NCBI RefSeq assembly: GCF_006345805.1
Contig: NC_043004.1
Location: forward strand, 41,230,001-41,294,000
Direction of reading: 5' to 3'
Length of the DNA: 64,000 bases
DNA from: Octopus sinensis
Lineage: Eukaryota
Numbering within the stretch: the stretch's first letter is position 1; each line of letters begins with the position of its first letter. The translations under genes were made by a program, and so were the position numbers. Below are positions 60,632-64,000 of the stretch, piece after piece. The notes beneath the pieces are model-generated. The model searched no databases and had not been told where the DNA came from. It saw nothing but the letters and a program-made list of their open reading frames with translations.

Positions 60632-62425
60632 ATATGCGTGTGTGTGTGTATCCTCACACCGCTTAACAGCCGGTGCTGGCTTATTTACGTACCCCGATAG
60701 AATAAATCACCAGACTTAAGACATAAAAATAACCCTTCAAGGTCGTGCCACAGCATGGCCGTAGTCCAATGACTGAATCAAGTAAAGAGCAAAAGATAGG
60801 CACATATCCAGAAATAGTGTGGTGGAGGGGATTGTAGACACAATACATTTAATTAGTAATATATTTTACTGGCTACAGAAGAATAAAAGGCAAAGTTGAC
60901 CACGGTGGGATTTGAACTCGGAACGTAAAAAGCCGGAACAAATGCTGCTAGACATTTTGCTTGATGCTCTAATGATAGTGCCAATCCACCAGCTTAATAA
61001 CTTTCTAATTTAGGCGCAAGTCCAGTAGGTCTGAGAAGGTGTTAATCCTTAGAATCGACTCCAGTACTTGACTAGTATTTTATTATATATTACATAAACT
61101 AATATATATCAAACAGGTGACAATACATGGGGTACATGCAGGACAGTGTGAAGGCGAAGAATAAGGTAACTATTCATTCTTAATACACTCTGGCAGATTC
61201 GAACATGAATATCTGCTCAGTTGTTTTTCGTCATCGGAGAACACCTTCCTTTACAACAGCCATGGGTTAACTGCAGTCCGCCGGACTTTCTGAATGGCAT
61301 GAAAAATTACCCTGAATAGTTTGGATCACCTGGTAATGTGCCATGTTTTATGTGACCCGCTTCTCGAGAAGGGTTGCTCATGCGACTCACAGATGTAAAG
61401 GCAATTTGAGACACCGAGTTGTTTCGACTTTGTGTTCCCTCAATCAAAGCTACCCCCTTCCGGATCGATGAATCTAAGAACAGCACGATCCCTAGATCTT
61501 TGTGGTTTTCATCACTGTTAACAATTTTGTTCCATTTGTTTTCAAATTTGCTATATGGATTAAGTTTTGTATACTAATTCTGAAAATGAAATTCATTTTC
61601 CCTATGAATACATAATTAAAGAGTTATTAGTCTTTAAAATTTGCAAAATTTTGGTATTGTAGCCAATCAGAAGAGAGTATTTTAGACATCACCGTGGTGA
61701 AGAAGTCTGTTTCTATAGTAACCAAAGCAAAGAAGCTGCACGTGTTCCATCACTGATTGCGAAGAACTCTGCTCCCATAGTAACCAAAGATGCTGCGCAT
61801 GCGCACAAGGAGTGTAACTACCACTTGTTCTATAACAGATGGAACTCACACTCAACAATTCTAGTTTAATGTTTTGACATGCCGATACCCCCTGCCCTTT
61901 GATGATAGAAGAGGCAGCGAATGCGCTGTTTTCTGATTAGCTGAAAATTCTGAAAATTATCAAAATTTGAACACCTGTAAACAACGGCAGTGATTTTATT
62001 CAGCTGAATACACGTCACTGATTGGTTGAAATTACCGAAATACGAGAACTTTAACGTGAAATAACTTCGTAAATATAAGTTTTTCTCAAAAATGCCAAGA
62101 GTAAAATATGTTTTTTATGACACATTCTACCAGTGTCTGAAATTTGAAAGTGTTTAGTCACAAAAAATTATTTTTAAAATCTGTAAGTCAAAAGGTAAAG
62201 ATCCCCCATTTTATCCTGGTGAGCCCTTATATCCATTCGATGTTTATAAATGAGTTTTATAGATACTTCTTTCGAAATTCCTATTTTGTTTATTCACACA
62301 TTAACTTGAGAAGGTCAGAGAAAGAAATTTAGCTATTACTTGCAATAACTACATCTAAACCAAAACTTTTTTTCACAGACCCTTAAAATACAGTTGTGGG
62401 TCCTCAATTTACTATTTTGCTAGCG

Positions 62426-62992
62426 TGGACCCCACGGTCATTCGGAATGCTCACAGCAGCCATATTCCTACCGCTCTATGTCACGCTGTTGAGACCCATA
62501 TTGGAGTACGGGATTCAAGCCTCTTCTCCTTATCTCCTCAAAGACATACATCATCTCGAAAGAGTCCAGAAGCTGGCTACCCGCATGGTTCTTGGTCTCA
62601 AGCATTTGTCTTATGAAGAAAGGCTGAAGACGCTCGACTTTTATTCTCTTGAAAAACGCCGCCGCCGTAGTGATCTCATTCTTGCTCACAACATCATAAG
62701 CGGAAAGTGTAACCTCTCGAAAGAGCTGTTCTTCACTTCTGCTCCAGAGCGTGGGATGCGGGGTCACTCCGAAAAGCTCTATCTGCGACGATTTCATCTC
62801 AATCGAAGGAGAGGGGCTTTCTCCATCCGGGTTGCCAGATGAGATAGTGAAGATGCCGACGACCGCTCGGTTCAAATGACCAGAAATGACCTGAACTCTT
62901 TGCATGAACACCCTCCCTGTACATAACTCCATGTCCCCCTACATGGCCTTGCTTTTTGCTTTTTGAGCCAAAAAATTAACTTTACTTAACTT
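62426..62992 (+). mobile_element. CR1-group LINE 3' fragment
   Basis: LYVTLLRPILEYG..SSPYL.KDI..LERVQKLATRM...LSYEERLK.L...SLEKRRRRSDLI; same family as 13284-13653, with a small deletion. Confidence 0.9.
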
Positions 62993-63561
62993 ATAATCTT
63001 ATATGCCCCCTCGGGGATCATGTGGATTCTAGTTGAGAATCACTGCTTTAGATGATGTGTACTCATAACACGTGATTCATCCGTGTAAGTTTATATCAAT
63101 TAGGGACTCAATCCTCGTATTTCTTGCAGGAATAAACTTAATCCTTGGCCCTTATTTATTGTTGAGTGGACTACGTGACTATTGAGAATCTTGCCAAATG
63201 AACAGACTGCAGCAACAATGGTAGCATGCGAACTACCGACCTTTTATGCCCGGCAATTGGACACTACCATCATAACAATCATCAAAACAATTTCAACCAG
63301 ATAACGAACCAACAAATCTTTACGTGGTCGTTCGACCTGCAAGAAATAACAACTAAATCTCACTCAAATCACCGTCAACCGTCTTAAGGTGACGTTAGAT
63401 AATATAGTCAGAAGGGAGTAACTTCGGTATAAGTACTGGAAGTACCGGATACATTTCAAGAAAGTGTTATTTTTATATATGAGGGGTTAGGGTTAGGGGT
63501 GGGAGAAAAGGGTTTCTGTTATCTTCAGAAATGTAAACAAAGCCACGTGTGTACTTATACC

Positions 63562-63745
63562 TGTTTCTTTATTACCCACAAGGGGCTAAACATAGAGGGG
63601 ACAAACAATGACAGACAAACGGACTAAGTCGATTACATCGACCCCAGTGCATAACTGGTACTTAATTTATCGACCCGAAAGGATGAAAGGCAAAGTCGAC
63701 CTCGGCAGAATTTGAACTCAGAATTTGAACTCAGAATTTGAACTC
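63562..63745 (-). mobile_element. 5'-truncated SINE B flanked by a 58-bp direct repeat
   Basis: 63504-63561 equals 63746-63803; triplicated 13-mer at the 5' junction. Confidence 0.85.
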
Positions 63746-64000
63746 AGAAAAGGGTTTCTGTTATCTTCAGAAATGTAAACAAAGCCACGTGTGTACTTAT
63801 ACCGAAGGATCGCAGTCAGAAACATACAATGCCTGGAAAAAAAAAAAAAACGGGGTAGGCACGGCCGGAAAACTTTTCCTCATAGGTTCCGCTAGATAGT
63901 GCTGATCTGGCGCTAAATAACAACTCACCCAGCTGTTATTCATAAATAAAATGGCTTGAAGACCCAGCTATGTGCTGAGAGAATAGAACTTTATCAGTGA

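Noticed and set aside
61390-61475. Minus-strand 83-nt open segment with a gtgagt donor
   Set aside because: Its 5' part resembles the SINE B core (TTCATCGATCC..GAA.GG), and no partner exons were found.

Overview
AT-rich, repeat-saturated animal genomic DNA with one 100-N scaffold gap (27012-27111). The repeat families and the dense (TA)n/(TG)n/(TAA)n/(GAT)n microsatellites look like a coleoid cephalopod, most likely Octopus (inference from pattern recognition, no search run). No intact gene can be named. Almost all ORFs in the supplied track are microsatellite or SINE read-throughs. The window contains: (i) at least four SINE families (A, B, C, G; my labels) in dozens of copies; (ii) 5'-truncated LINE fragments of the CR1/L2, RTE and restriction-endonuclease-like (R4/Dong, R2/NeSL) groups; (iii) non-autonomous DNA transposons with visible TIRs and TSDs (hAT, Merlin-like, piggyBac, Tc1/mariner) plus Helitrons; (iv) Penelope-like ends carrying minimal hammerhead-ribozyme motifs; (v) a few unnamed candidate exons. 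Best leads: a LINE 3' tail sharing a covarying stem-loop with the dominant SINE; hammerhead motifs next to (TA)n tracts; a phase-compatible minus-strand exon chain (25.1-27.8 kb) broken only by TGA/TAA codons (pseudogene, or possible rescue by A-to-I editing); a 58-bp TSD; and an apparent CpG-decay domain shift near 37 kb. Nothing here establishes a wholly new biological system. All such claims are hypotheses with stated tests.
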